Origin: Eledone cirrhosa
Lineage: Eukaryota
Reading direction: 5' to 3'
NCBI GenBank assembly: GCA_964016885.1
Contig: OZ024756.1
Span: 7,254,001 to 7,318,000 of the forward strand
Length of the DNA: 64,000 nt
In this document: one piece after another, positions 26,340 through 43,051 of the stretch
How positions within the stretch are numbered: position 1 is the stretch's first letter
How the letters are laid out: every line of letters begins with the position of its first letter
Made by a program: the position numbers and the translations under genes
Notes under the pieces: model-generated
Told to the model about the DNA's origin: nothing
Databases searched by the model: none
The model's input: the letters and a program-made list of their open reading frames with translations, nothing else

Positions 26340-28540
26340 AACCACCACTATAGCCTCAACAGAACAAGGTATCATCCCTTCCACCAATACTCAAAAATGA
26401 AAGATCCACTTCATTGAGGATTGGGCTAATGCCCATCCTCACCCCACGCCTTTCTTCGTCCTCATCGAAACCCAACCCAATTCCCTCCACTTGGAAGCCG
26501 AGGTCAGAGTGAAGAATGTTAAATATATCCGTGCAGAGGGTGCTGGCAGAAGAAAGGGTGGAACTGTCATTTTTGTACACGATTCTTTTTCAGCAGAGAC
26601 TAAAGACATATTTACCATGAAGCAGTCTCTATATACTGTAAAACCAACAACTTAATAGTAATTGGGCTCTTTAGGCCAACCCAAATGCCTCAACCCAAGT
26701 GCCCCAACAGCATAAAGTTTCCAACAATGTCACCCTGGCAACATCTTAATGATGGAGGACTTCAACCTCCCTGATGTTGACTGATACACAAACAGCTTAG
26801 AATCGCTATTTCACTTCATGGATGAGTTTTTCCTGTCCCAACTTGTGCTCGAACCAACAAGGTGCCACAAAAACGTCTTGGACCTAATGTTCAGTAACCA
26901 CGCTGACACTATCCACAATATTACAGTGAAAAAAAAACTCTACTCTCAGACCATGACATGGGTCTGTGTGATCTGAGATTCCACCATCCAAATATCAAAC
27001 CCAATGACATCTCTCCAACCCATCCATTTGACACCATGGATCTTCATGCATGGAAAGCGATCAATCATCATCTTGCACATATCGATTGGTCTTTCGCGCG
27101 CACACGCACACACACACTAATATCAAAAAATCCTGACAAACATTTTTTAGGTCTTGTAAAAAAAATGTGCAAAACATACCCCATTAAGATCTGTAAAGAA
27201 ATCTAAATGCAGGATCACTAGAAATAAAAGAATACTTATCAGAAAAATTAAAAGAATTAACAAAAGAAACACTGCTAGCTGCAACACACATTACTAGAAC
27301 CGAAAAACCACAGCCTCCAAAACAACATGATGTCCATCATCAACAACCAAAGAGCAGCTGAAGCGGACCGGGCCATTGAGAAAATCAATCTCAATCTCAA
27401 ATTGTTCTTTTCATTTACAAAAAAAATCTTAAGGTCGCTGATTCCACTGTTGGTCCTCTTCCTGATGGTAACAACACTCTACATGATGATGCAACATTGA
27501 TGTATGAGACACTCCAGAAACAATACTGCTCTGTTTTCAATAATCCTGGTTGATCTGGTTAGTATCAGTTATGTTAACCCTCAATAAACTATATCTGACA
27601 ATGTTTGGTGACCCTGAAATCCTAGCTAAAATAAAATCAAACACAACTCAGCAGTATGTCACAATAGTTTCTACGCCACTGTCCTAAAGATGTGTCGACA
27701 TATATTGCAGCCCCTCTAGCTGATCTCTGGAGCAAATCACTTGAAGCAAGCTATATTACTGAACATGTTCTTTCCCAGTCTGTTGTCCCAGTTTTCAAAA
27801 AGGGAAATACATCTCTTGCAGTGAATTACTGTCCGATCTCACTCACCTCTCATATCATTAAAGTATTTGAGAAGGTGGGAAGATCACCAATAAATCACTT
27901 CCTTGAAAACAATAATCTGCCGAAGTCCATCCAACATGGGTTCCGTAATGGCAGGGACTCTGGCGCAGCTTTTGCATCACTTTGATGAGATACTAAAAGC
28001 TGTGGTAGAAGGCTCCGACACTGATGTCAAATATCTCGATTTCAGTAAGACATTTGTCAGGGTGGATCACAAAATTCTGCTGAAGAAACTAACATTGGAA
28101 TCTGTGGTAAGTTGCTGCAGTGGATCAAGTATTTCCTGACAAACAGGACCCAACATGTAGTCGAAGGAATCCGATCAAGCCCAGCCAAAGTCAGTAGTGG
28201 TGTCCCACAAATCACTGTGTTGGGCCCACTTTTCTCCATAATCTACATCAATGACATTGTAGACGTCATTAAACACAGCAAAATAAAAATTTTTGTGGAC
28301 GATTCCAAACTCCAGAAGGCCATAAACGGAGTGGGAGACCGGACATACCTTCAGTCGTATCTGCATGTTGTTATCCAATGGGCGGAAAAAATCAGTATGC
28401 TTCTAAACGAAGAGCAATTTGATTTAGTCCACTTTGGAAAAGAGGATACATTAAAGCTACCATATGCCCTCCCCTCAGGAGAAACACTTGTGGTATCCAA
28501 CAATACCAGGGACCTTCGAGTAATTGCTGATAACAATGAG
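26340..28540 (+). pseudogene. Decayed CR1-group LINE ORF2 (AP endonuclease + reverse transcriptase)
   Basis: Frameshifted motifs EDFNLPDVD, EPTR..NVLDL, LSDH, PVFKKG..NYCPISLTS, QHGFR, YLDFSK, SGVPQ..VLGP..YIND, FVDDSKL. Left boundary approximate. Confidence 0.85.
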
Positions 28541-28767
28541 TGTCGGCGGGGTGTATGCTACGCGACAGATCATACAAAGTTGGACATTTTATATATCACG
28601 ATAACAACCAAACGTTGATACGCAGCTGTAAAAATGATCAAATGTAAGTTTCATCAGTGCAGGTAGAACAAGTTGGTCTTCATGGCTCACGAAACGTACG
28701 TACAAGTTATGGCACCGTTGTAGTAACTGGCCTTACTGCCCGCACACACACACATATATATATATAT

Positions 28768-28908
28768 AACGGAGGAAATGCGGTAAGGAACCAGGTGGAC
28801 CATAATGCACCAAAGTACTCAATACTTAGAGTAGTAAAGTGGGTAATAGGAACGAGTAGGACCCCGACGGCTGAGCTCAAACCGTTTCGACGGCTAATTC
28901 TGGACTAA
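28768..28908 (-). mobile_element. Inverted terminal (pseudo-LTR-like) segment abutting the PLE ORF, carrying the 3' half of an HHR
   Basis: Related copies at 52642-52790 and 53683-53818, all starting at a TA-rich tract. Minus strand reads gtc-GAAA-CGGTT...AGCCG-TC. Confidence 0.6.
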
Positions 28909-30651
28909 ATGAAACACATCAGGCTAAAACACTCCATCTCGGATATACTTCACAAACACATACACACACGCACAACACATAACCTCACCAAATCTCAACT
29001 CACCACTCTCTCCAACCTAAAATCGAAGAACCTCATCTATCTCCCCTCCGACAAGGGAAAAGAATTCTGCGTCATCAGCAGAGAGGCCTACAACACCCTG
29101 GCCCTCCAACACCTTGACGATGACAACCTCTACTCCAAGGTCACGGGAATCACTCCCGCGCAGATAGAAGAGCACATCAACGCCGCCTGGACCAACATCT
29201 GCGACCGGCGGAAGCTCCCGAAGAAGCTGAGATACAACCTCCTCACGAGGAACAGCAGACTACCCGCCTTCTACCACCTCGTGAAAACACACAAACAGGG
29301 ACCCGACCTGAAGATCAGGCCCATCGTATTGAGCGTGGAGGGACCACTCTACAAAATTTCATAGCTCCTAGCCAGAATACTCAAACCCATCTTAGACACC
29401 TTGCCGGGACACGTTAACAGCTCCGAGGAGGTGTTGAAGCGCCTGCATCAAATGGATCCCGACACCAGAAGGAATAACAGATATGCCTTCAGCCTTGATG
29501 TAGTCACTCTCTACACCTCGGTCCCGGCACTCCCGGCCGTCAATATACTGATGGAACGCGTCCAATCCACCGACCTACACTGCTTCGGGCTCACCACCAC
29601 TGACATCCACCAACTCCTATCCATCGTCGTCGACAACACCTACTTCGGATTCCTTGACCAAACATACCAACAAACCTCGGGATTGCCCATGGGATCAAAC
29701 CTGTCAGGTGTGCTAGCGATCTCTTACATGGACAACCTCGAGCCAAAGGCACTCAACGCCTGCCACCCCAACGCCGTAGCCTTTTTCTCAAGGTACGTTG
29801 ACGATATCCTCATCCTCACCTCTTCCCAAGACACGGCGAACAGAATTTATGAGACGTTCAACAACACGGACGAGAACATTGACTTCAGTGTTGAACACCC
29901 CAACGAAGACGGGTCACTTGCCTTCCTCGACTTCCGAATTAACATCACGGAACAGGGAAGGATCCACTGCAACTTCTACCGAAAGGCAGCCTGCAGGGAC
30001 CTGTTCGTTCACTACAAGTCCGCCCTCCCTAACAGTGACAAAAGAGGATACATCACGAACGAGATCGCGCGAATCAAAAACAGATGCAGCGATCCCGCGA
30101 GTGGTCTCACTCATACCAAGCGATTCCTCGAGGTGCTGGAGACGAACGGGTACCCTACCTCGCTCACAGACAGAATAGGAGACACCAGACACAAGAGACA
30201 GAGAGGCACCCAAGGCAAGTGCTTCCTTAAAATGCCACACCTGGGCGAGAATACCACCAACGCTATCCGCAAGGCTATACGGAGGGAGGGCCTCGACATC
30301 CACCTGGCCCACTCGAGCCCCTCCCTGCGAAGATGCCTCTCCAGGAAACCCGGGAAATCTACTGACGCATGCTCCCTCAGAGACTGCCCGATACGCCATG
30401 CGAACTGTTGCCTACGCACATACGTCGTGTATAAGATAGAATGTGACAGGTGCAAGCAATACTACATAGGTAGCACAATCCGACCTTTGCACATCCGGAT
30501 CAAGGAACACACTAAAACCAGGGCCTCGTCTTTCCGGAAACACATAGACAAATGCGGAAACAAAGACGGAAGGCCCATTGTCTCAATTCTAGCGACTGAA
30601 AGAAACGTCGGCACGTTACGTATCAAGGAAGCACTTTTTTATAATAACTAA
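28909..30651 (+). mobile_element. Penelope-like retroelement ORF: RT + Cys-rich linker + C-terminal GIY-YIG endonuclease, 5'-truncated, one in-frame stop at 29362
   Basis: PSDKG, FYHLVKTHK, IRPIV, SLDVVTLYTSV, GLPMGS, RYVDD, FLD, YRK; VVYKIECDRCKQYYIGST..RIKEH; the two ORFs are in frame. Confidence 0.93.
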
Positions 30652-30986
30652 GGATGTAGATAACATTAAGAACGATATTACAAATATAGTCCAAAGTCAC
30701 CAACTTAAATCTAAACAAATTTGGTTATATAGAGCAGGAATTATATATAACACAGTATAATACATTATAATAATAATATATCTATACCAACACTGAAATT
30801 CGAAATCAAAAATCAAAAGGTACAATATATACATGTATATATGTGCGCACACACACACACACATACACACACATATTACAATACACATATCTATTTTCTA
30901 TTACACAGAAATTAAGCCCTATTGGAAGTTTGAACATCAAAAATATCAAAAATATGCATGGTAATAGTGAAAATAATGCTAATACA

Positions 30987-31680
30987 TGCTTTTTCTATGA
31001 AAATCAGTAGTGGGCAGACTAATTTGCATAGAACGTGAGTCATTGTACGCGCCGGTTCAGCGGAAACGTTAAAAACAAATAACGAAACGAAATTAAATTT
31101 CGTTTCGCTTCTAACTCACTTTTGTATGACTGACGCTTAAACAATTAAGTTAAAGTGTACATCTACATATGTATACCGAAGTACTAGTATGCATATAAAT
31201 ACACACATGTATACATATGTACATGTACTGAGTTTTTCACTAGACACTTTACAGTGAGTGTCCAGCTAGTCTGTATGTAAACAAGAGAAAAAGCATATAA
31301 CGATATGTGCTTTTACAATTCTCCAGAGAAGCCGGAAAATAGGTATATATTGCTGATGAGATGTAATAACATCGAAACTAGTCCATATTCCCGTCTGGCT
31401 CTCTGGAGAATAGAGGAAGTGTGTTTCCTTGAAAACTCGTATGACTTTAAAACCCGGTTCGTCTGTTTGTTTGCATACAGACTAGCTGGACACTCACTGT
31501 AAAGTGTCTAGTGAAAAACTCAGTACATGTACATATGTATACATGTGTGTATTTATATGCATACTAGTACTTCGGTATACATATGTAGATGTACACTTTA
31601 ACTTAATTGTTTAAGCGTCAGTCATACAAAAGTGAGTTAGAAGCGAAACGAAATTTAATTTCGTTTCGTTATTTGTTTTT
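30987..31680 (+). mobile_element. HHR element family D, copy 2, with inverted left arm; HHR at 31346-31389
   Basis: ATATTG-CTGATGA-GATGTaataACATC-GAAA-CTAG-TC-CATAT; same 3' end as the 7241 copy; inferred monomer ~470 nt. Confidence 0.85.
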
Positions 31681-31851
31681 ATATATATATATATACACAC
31701 ATATATATATATAACAACAATACAGAGTCTTTCGGCCAGTGTCTAGCTCACTCAACAAATCTAGTGAAATGCAGTTATGCAGCTGCAGTCACCTATTCAG
31801 AGTGCAGACATTTAGTTTTATTGTAGAGCGTTGGCTGTGTATTTAATTTAC

Positions 31852-34567
31852 ATATAGATAGGTATAGATAGAACACATATATAGGTATAGATAGAACATA
31901 TAGATAGGTATAGATAGAACACATATATAGGTATAGAGAGAACATATAGATAGGTATAGATAGAACATATAGATAGGTATAGATAGAATATATAGATAGG
32001 TATAGATAGAACATATAGATAGGTATAGATAGAATATATAGATAGGTATAGATAGAACATATAGATAGGTATAGATAGAACATATAGATAGGTATAGATA
32101 GAATATATAGATAGGTATAGAGAGAACATATAGATAGAACATATAGATAGGTATAGATAGAACATATAGATAGGTAGAGATAGAACATATAGATAGGTAG
32201 AGATAGAACATATAGATAGGTATAGATAGAACATATAGATAGGTATAGATAGAATATATAGATAGGTATAGAGAGAACATATAGATAGAACATATAGATA
32301 GGTATAGATAGAACATATAGATAGGTAGAGATAGAACATATAGATAGGTAGAGATAGAACATATAGATAGGTATAGATAGAACATATAGATAGGTATAGA
32401 TAGAACATATAGATAGAACATATAGATAGGTATAGATAGAACATATAGATAGGTAGAGATAGAACATATAGATAGGTAGAGATAGAACATATAGATAGGT
32501 ATAGATAGAACATATAGATAGGTATAGATAGAACATATAGATAGGTATAGATAGGACATATAGATAGGACATATAGATAGGACATAGAGATAGGTATAGA
32601 TAGAACATATAGATAGGTATAGATAGAACATATAGATAGAACATATAGATAGGTATAGATAGAACATATAGATAGGTATAGATAGGTATAGATAGAACAT
32701 ATAGATAGGACATAGAGATAGGTATAGATAGAACATATAGATAGGTATAGATAGAACATATAGATAGAACATATAGATAGAACATATAGATAGGTATAGA
32801 TAGGTATAGATAGAACATATAGATAGGACATAGAGATAGGTAGAGATAGAACATATAGATAGGTATAGATAGAACATATAGATAGTATAGATAGAACATA
32901 TAGATAGGTATAGATAGGTATAGATAGAAGATATAGATAGGTATAGATAGAACATATAGATAGGCATAGATAGAATATATAGATAGGTATAGATAGAATA
33001 TATAGATAGGTATAGATAGAACATATAGATAGAATATATAGATAGGTATAGATAGAATATATATATAGGTATAGATAGAATATATAGATAGGTATAGATA
33101 GAATATATAGATAGGTATAGATAGAACATATAGATAGGTATAGATACAACATATAGATAGGTATAGATAGAACATATAGATAGGTATAGATAGAATATAT
33201 AGATAGGTATAGATAGAATATATAGATAGGTATAGATAGAACATATAGATAGGTATAGAAAGAACATATAAATAGGTATAGATAGGACATATAGATAGGT
33301 ATAGATAGGTATAGATAGAACATATAGATAGGTATAGATAGAATATATAGATAGGTATAGATAGGTATAGATAGAACATATAGATAGGTATAGATAGAAC
33401 ATATAGATAGGTATAGATAGAACATATAGATAGGTATAGATAGAACATATAGATAGGTATAGATAGAACATATAGATAGGTATAGATAGAACATATAGAT
33501 AGGTATAGATAGAATATATATATAGGTATAGATAGAATATATAGATAGGTATAGATAGAATATATAGATAGGTATAGATAGAACATATAGATAGGTATAG
33601 ATAGAACATATAGATAGGTATAGATAGAACATATAGATAGAATATATAGATAGGTATAGATAGAATATATATATAGGTATAGATAGAATATATAGATAGG
33701 TATAGATAGAATATATAGATAGGTATAGATAGAACATATAGATAGGTATAGATAGAACATATAGATAGAATATATAGATAGGTATAGATAGAATATATAT
33801 ATAGGTATAGATAGAACATATAGATAGGTATAGATAGAACATATAGATAGGTATAGATAGGTATAGATAGGACATATAGATAGGTATAGATAGGTATAGA
33901 TAGAACATATAGATAGGACATATAGATAGGTATAGATAGAACATATAGATACGTATAGATAGAACATATAGATAGAACATATAGATAGGTATAGATAGAA
34001 CATATAGATAGGTATAGATAGGTATAGATAGAACATATAGATAGGACATATAGATAGGTATAGATAGAACATATAGATAGGTATAGATAGAACATATAGA
34101 TAGAACATATAGATAGAACATATAGATAGGTATAGATAGAACATATAGATAGTATAGATAGAACATATAGATAGGTATAGATAGGTATAGATAGAAGATA
34201 TAGATAGGTATAGATAGAACATATAGATAGGCATAGATAGAATATATAGATAGGTATAGATAGAACATATAGATAGGCATAGATAGAATATATAGATAGT
34301 ATAGATAGAACATATAGATAGGTATAGATAGGTATAGATAGAATATATAGATAGGTATAGATAGAACATATAGATAGGTATAGATAGAACATATAGATAG
34401 GTATAGATAGAACATATAGATAGGTATAGATAGAACATATAGATAGGTATAGATAGAACATATAGATAGAACATATAGATAGGTATAGATAGGTATAGAT
34501 AGAACATATAGATAGGTATAGATAGGTATAGATAGAACATATAGATAGAACATATAGATAGGTATAG
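31852..34567. repeat. Minisatellite of TAGATAGGTA (10 bp) and TAGATAGAACATA (13 bp) subunits, modal 23-bp unit
   Basis: Direct reading; gives 23-aa periodic spurious ORFs. Confidence 0.95.
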
Positions 34568-34994
34568 ACAAACAGACAGATTGATAAATAGATGGTCAAA
34601 TATGCTAGATTGCAAAGTAAGGAAAGACACACTAGATTTATTGACAAGCAGTAAGAAAGATAGAGAGGGGGAAGATACAGCGGGGGAGAGTGGGAGAGTG
34701 TGGGAGAGAGAGAGAGAGAGAGAGAGAGTAGGAGAAAGTTTGACAGACATGTAAGTCGAAAGAGGGGGTTGACAGAGGAGGTATGGGAGAGAGTTTGACA
34801 GACATCTAAGCAAGGCAGTAGATATATCGTATTACTACAGGCACAATGGAGTTGACAGTCGGTTTATATGTCCCAAATGTCTAGAAATAAAAATAAGAAG
34901 AATCAGATATGAGCAGGTGCGTACGTATGTGAATGAAAATACAATACACCTTGCTGGATATCTGGATCTTGTGTATAAATACACACACACACAC

Positions 34995-35077
<83 letters not shown>

Positions 35078-35113
35078 GAGAGTAAAACAAAGAAGCCTTT
35101 AATACATCAAAAG

Positions 35114-35168
35114 TTTTTATTAGCCGACAATGTTTCGTCCTATTAAGGACTCATCAGGGCAATTAAAA
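35114..35168 (-). ncRNA. Canonical-core type I hammerhead ribozyme (family H)
   Basis: Minus strand TTGCC-CTGATGA-GTCCTtaatAGGAC-GAAA-CAtTG-TC-GGCTAA. Confidence 0.88.
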
Positions 35169-35293
35169 CCACAAGAAGTAATATCGGCAAGAAGTAATAT
35201 TGGCTCTGTTTAACTACATTGAGCTATACCTTTTACTGTCATTTGTATAATACGAAGAGGGTGTTTAACTCCAACACGCTCCAGTATTTTAAT

Positions 35294-35333
<40 letters not shown>

Positions 35334-35378
35334 AGGATAAAAAGGACGATTGATTCTTCCTTCATTGCATTTATTGAT

Positions 35379-35465
35379 AGGTGACGCGCGTTTCGCCACT
35401 GATCAGCTCAAGGTTCGATCTATATCGATCCTACCCGACTCAATAATCGGCAGCTCGGCGGACCC
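35379..35465 (-). ncRNA. Variant or degenerate hammerhead (core CCGCCGA; family I)
   Basis: GGGT-CCGCCGA-GCTGC...GTGGC-GAAA-CGCGCG-TC-ACCT; helices intact, two core substitutions. Confidence 0.5.
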
Positions 35466-35740
35466 CCTTAAAATGCTATAAGAAAATGAAATACATGCTA
35501 TGTGGTAAAGTGAGTGTTTCAAGAGTTTGACAAAATGAGTTGTTTTGATTGGTGAGAAGGATCAAGGCGATGTACTGGCCTGAAGTGTATATGGGGGTGG
35601 GGGTGGTGGTGAGATGTAGGTGACGGTCTGTGGATGAGGTGGGCTGTGGTGTGGTGGTGGTGGTGGGTTGGCTTTGGCGTGTAGAGTATGTGGGGGTGGA
35701 TGTGATGATATGGTGGTGGTTAAGTTTATACACCCACTGG

Positions 35741-38363
<2,623 letters not shown>

Positions 38364-38783
38364 ATGGTGGCTGCCAACTCGTTTTCGAGTACGGCCACTA
38401 CTTTATATCTATGTAGGAGAACCCCTACCGATGCGCTGAACGAGTGTGACTTTTTTATCCAGCCAGCGACTTGAAAACTCTGGTACAAACACTACACTTG
38501 TGACGACAAATGCAGAGAGATCTCCAGATATAAAGCAATGCCTGTGCCGTGAAGCTTTTATAGTGAGCAAAGGCACTGCACAAAGCCAGTCCCACTCTCT
38601 TAACCAAGATGATATTTACCAAAAAGAAGAACAAGTCAACATCATTGGATACCATCAGAGTTGCAGGTGTTATATCAGAGTTTTCCTTCTCCTAGAATTC
38701 TGCCTTGACAAAGGCTAAGGGGTCATCTCTCCCGGTGATTTTGGATGGCCATTGACTCTTAAGAGCTCCTTTGCCCTTTGACA
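38364..38783 (-). mobile_element. Truncated second copy of the 22543-23138 repeat
   Basis: High identity with a short internal deletion; same ATGGTGGCTGCCAACTCG end. Confidence 0.8.
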
Positions 38784-39321
38784 ATATATATATATACACA
38801 TATATATACATACATATATATATATATATATACATATATATACATACATATATATATATATATACATACATATATATATATATATACATATATATACATA
38901 CATATATATATATATACATATATATACATACATATATATATATATACATATATATACAATACATATATATATATATACATATATATACATACATATATAT
39001 ATATATACATATATATACATACATATATATATATATACATATATATACATACATATATATATATATATATACATATATATACATACATATATATATATAT
39101 ACATATATATACATACATATATATATATATATATACATATATATACATACATATATATACATATACATATATATACATACATATATATATATATATATAC
39201 ATATATATACATACATACATACATATATATATACATATATATACATATAATTACATATATATACATATATACATATACATATATACATATACATATATAT
39301 ATATACATATATACATATACA

Positions 39322-39353
<32 letters not shown>

Positions 39354-39454
39354 CATATACATATATATATATACATATACATATACATATATATATATAC
39401 ATATATATATATACATATACATATATATATATACATATATATATATACATATAC

Positions 39455-39485
<31 letters not shown>

Positions 39486-39633
39486 CATATATACATACAT
39501 ATATACATATATGTATGTATATATAGATACATATATACATATATATATATATAGATACATATATACATATATATATAGATACATATATACATATATATAT
39601 ATATATAGATACATATATACATATATATATATT

Positions 39634-41483
39634 TGAAGATAGACATAGAATATTCGAAAATATTCTGTATGTTTATAATAAACATTAATCGCTATAGAAT
39701 AGAATACGTCACGTATTACAATTAGATTCTCGATAAAAGCAAGGGAAGTAACCTACGCGTTTCATTCTTATTAGAAATCTTCAGGATTACATATCCAGTG
39801 CTTTTATCGAGAATGACACAGCTAGAGACTTATAGAATACTTAGCTGTGTACAGGAACTGGTTTGAAAGAGCGGTTGCCGATCCGGCAGAAATTAGAAAT
39901 TGGATTAAATGCTCTGAAATAGCGATATATATGTGAAGATAGACATAGAATATTCGAAAATATTCTGTATGTTTATAATAAACATTTTGAAGACCTAATC
40001 GCTATAGAATAGAATACGTCACGTATTACAATTAGATTCTCGATAAAAGCAAGGGAAGTAACCTACGCGTTTCATTCTTATTAGAAATCTTCAGGATTAC
40101 ATATCCAGTGCTTTTATCGAGAATGACACAGCTAGAGACTTATAGAATACTTAGCTGTGTACAGGAACTGGTTTGAAAGAGCGGTTGCCGATCCGGCAGA
40201 AATTAGAAATTGGATTAAATGCTCTGAAATAGCGATATATATGTGAAGATAGACATAGAATATTCGAAAATATTCTGTATGTTTATAATAAACATTTTGA
40301 AGACCTAATCGCTATAGAATAGAATACGTCACGTATTACAATTAGATTCTCGATAAAAGCAAGGGAAGTAACCTACGCGTTTCATTCTTATTAGAAATCT
40401 TCAGGATTACATATCCAGTGCTTTTATCGAGAATGACACAGCTAGAGACTTATAGAATACTTAGCTGTGTACAGGAACTGGTTTGAAAGAGCGGTTGCCG
40501 ATCCGGCAGAAATTAGAAATTGGATTAAATGCTCTGAAATAGCGATATATATGTGAAGATAGACATAGAATATTCGAAAATATTCTGTATGTTTATAATA
40601 AACATTTTGAAGACCTAATCGCTATAGAATAGAATACGTCACGTATTACAATTAGATTCTCGATAAAAGCAAGGGAAGTAACCTACGCGTTTCATTCTTA
40701 TTAGAAATCTTCAGGATTACATATCCAGTGCTTTTATCGAGAATGACACAGCTAGAGACTTATAGAATACTTAGCTGTGTACAGGAACTGGTTTGAAAGA
40801 GCGGTTGCCGATCCGGCAGAAATTAGAAATTGGATTAAATGCTCTGAAATAGCGATATATATGTGAAGATAGACATAGAATATTCGAAAATATTCTGTAT
40901 GTTTATAATAAACATTTTGAAGACCTAATCGCTATAGAATAGAATACGTCACGTATTACAATTAGATTCTCGATAAAAGCAAGGGAAGTAACCTACGCGT
41001 TTCATTCTTATTAGAAATCTTCAGGATTACATATCCACTGCTTTTATCGAGAATGACACAGCTAGAGACTTATAGAATACTTAGCTGTGTACAGGAACTG
41101 GTTTGAAAGAGCGGTTGCCGATCCGGCAGAAATTAGAAATTGGATTAAATGCTCTGAAATAGCGATATATATGTGAAGATAGACATAGAATATTCGAAAA
41201 TATTCTGTATGTTTATAATAAACATTTTGAAGACCTAATCGCTATAGAATAGAATACGTCACGTATTACAATTAGATTCTCGATAAAAGCAAGGGAAGTA
41301 ACCTACGCGTTTCATTCTTATTAGAAATCTTCAGGATTACATATCCAGTGCTTTTATCGAGAATGACACAGCTAGAGACTTATAGAATACTTAGCTGTGT
41401 ACAGGAACTGGTTTGAAAGAGCGGTTGCCGATCCGGCAGAAATTAGAAATTGGATTAAATGCTCTGAAATAGCGATATATATA
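39634..41483 (-). repeat. Six tandem 310-bp retrozyme-like units (family J); HHR on minus at 39748, 40058, 40368, 40678, 40988, 41298
   Basis: TGAAGATAGACATAG at 39634, 39934 (first unit has a 10-bp deletion), 40244, 40554, 40864, 41174. Confidence 0.93.
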
Positions 41484-43051
41484 TTCAGAGCATTTAATCC
41501 AATTTCTAATTTCTGCCGGATCGGCAACCGCTCTTTCAAACCAGTTCCTGTACACAGCTAAGTATTCTATAAGTCTCTAGCTGTGTCATTCTCGATAAAA
41601 GCACTGGATATGTAATCCTGAAGATTTCTAATAAGAATGAAACGCGTAGGTTACTTCCCTTGCTTTTATCGAGAATCTAATTGTAATACGTGACGTATTC
41701 TATTCTATAGCGATTAGGTCTTCAAAATGTTTATTATAAACATACAGAATATTTTCGAATATTCTATGTCTATCTTCACATATATATCGCTATTTCAGAG
41801 CATTTAATCCAATTTCTAATTTCTGCCGGATCGGCAACCGCTCTTTCAAACCAGTTCCTGTACACAGCTAAGTATTCTATAAGTCTCTAGCTGTGTCATT
41901 CTCGATAAAAGCACTGGATATGTAATCCTGAAGATTTCTAATAAGAATGAAACGCGTAGGTTACTTCCCTTGCTTTTATCGAGAATCTAATTGTAATACG
42001 TGACGTATTCTATTCTATAGCGATTAGGTCTTCAAAATGTTTATTATAAACATACAGAATATTTTCGAATATTCTATGTCTATCTTCACATATATATCGC
42101 TATTTCAGAGCATTTAATCCAATTTCTAATTTCTGCCGGATCGGCAACCGCTCTTTCAAACCAGTTCCTGTACACAGCTAAGTATTCTATAAGTCTCTAG
42201 CTGTGTCATTCTCGATAAAAGCACTGGATATGTAATCCTGAAGATTTCTAATTAGAATGAAACGCGTAGGTTACTTCCCTTGCTTTTATCGAGAATCTAA
42301 TTGTAATACGTGACGTATTCTATTCTATAGCGATTAGGTCTTCAAAATGTTTATTATAAACATACAGAATATTTTCGAATATTCTATGTCTATCTTCACA
42401 TATATATCGCTATTTCAGAGCATTTAATCCAATTTCTAATTTCTGCCGGATCGGCAACCGCTCTTTCAAACCAGTTCCTGTACACAGCTAAGTATTCTAT
42501 AAGTCTCTAGCTGTGTCATTCTCGATAAAAGCACTGGATATGTAATCCTGAAGATTTCTAATAAGAATGAAACGCGTAGGTTACTTCCCTTGCTTTTATC
42601 GAGAATCTAATTGTAATACGTGACGTATTCTATTCTATAGCGATTAGGTCTTCAAAATGTTTATTATAAACATACAGAATATTTTCGAATATTCTATGTC
42701 TATCTTCACATATATATCGCTATTTCAGAGCATTTAATCCAATTTCTAATTTCTGCCGGATCGGCAACCGCTCTTTCAAACCAGTTCCTGTACACAGCTA
42801 AGTATTCTATAAGTCTCTAGCTGTGTCATTCTCGATAAAAGCACTGGATATGTAATCCTGAAGATTTCTAATAAGAATGAAACGCGTAGGTTACTTCCCT
42901 TGCTTTTATCGAGAATCTAATTGTAATACGTGACGTATTCTATTCTATAGCGATTAGGTCTTCAAAATGTTTATTATAAACATACAGAATATTTTCGAAT
43001 ATTCTATGTCTATCTTCACATATATATCGCTATTTCAGAGCATTTAATCCA

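Noticed and set aside
28688-28710. GAAA-CGTACG-TA hammerhead 3' half
   Set aside because: No matching CUGANGA or helix I 5' strand upstream
31793-34813. 900-1000 aa ORFs in three minus frames
   Set aside because: Products of the 23-bp minisatellite
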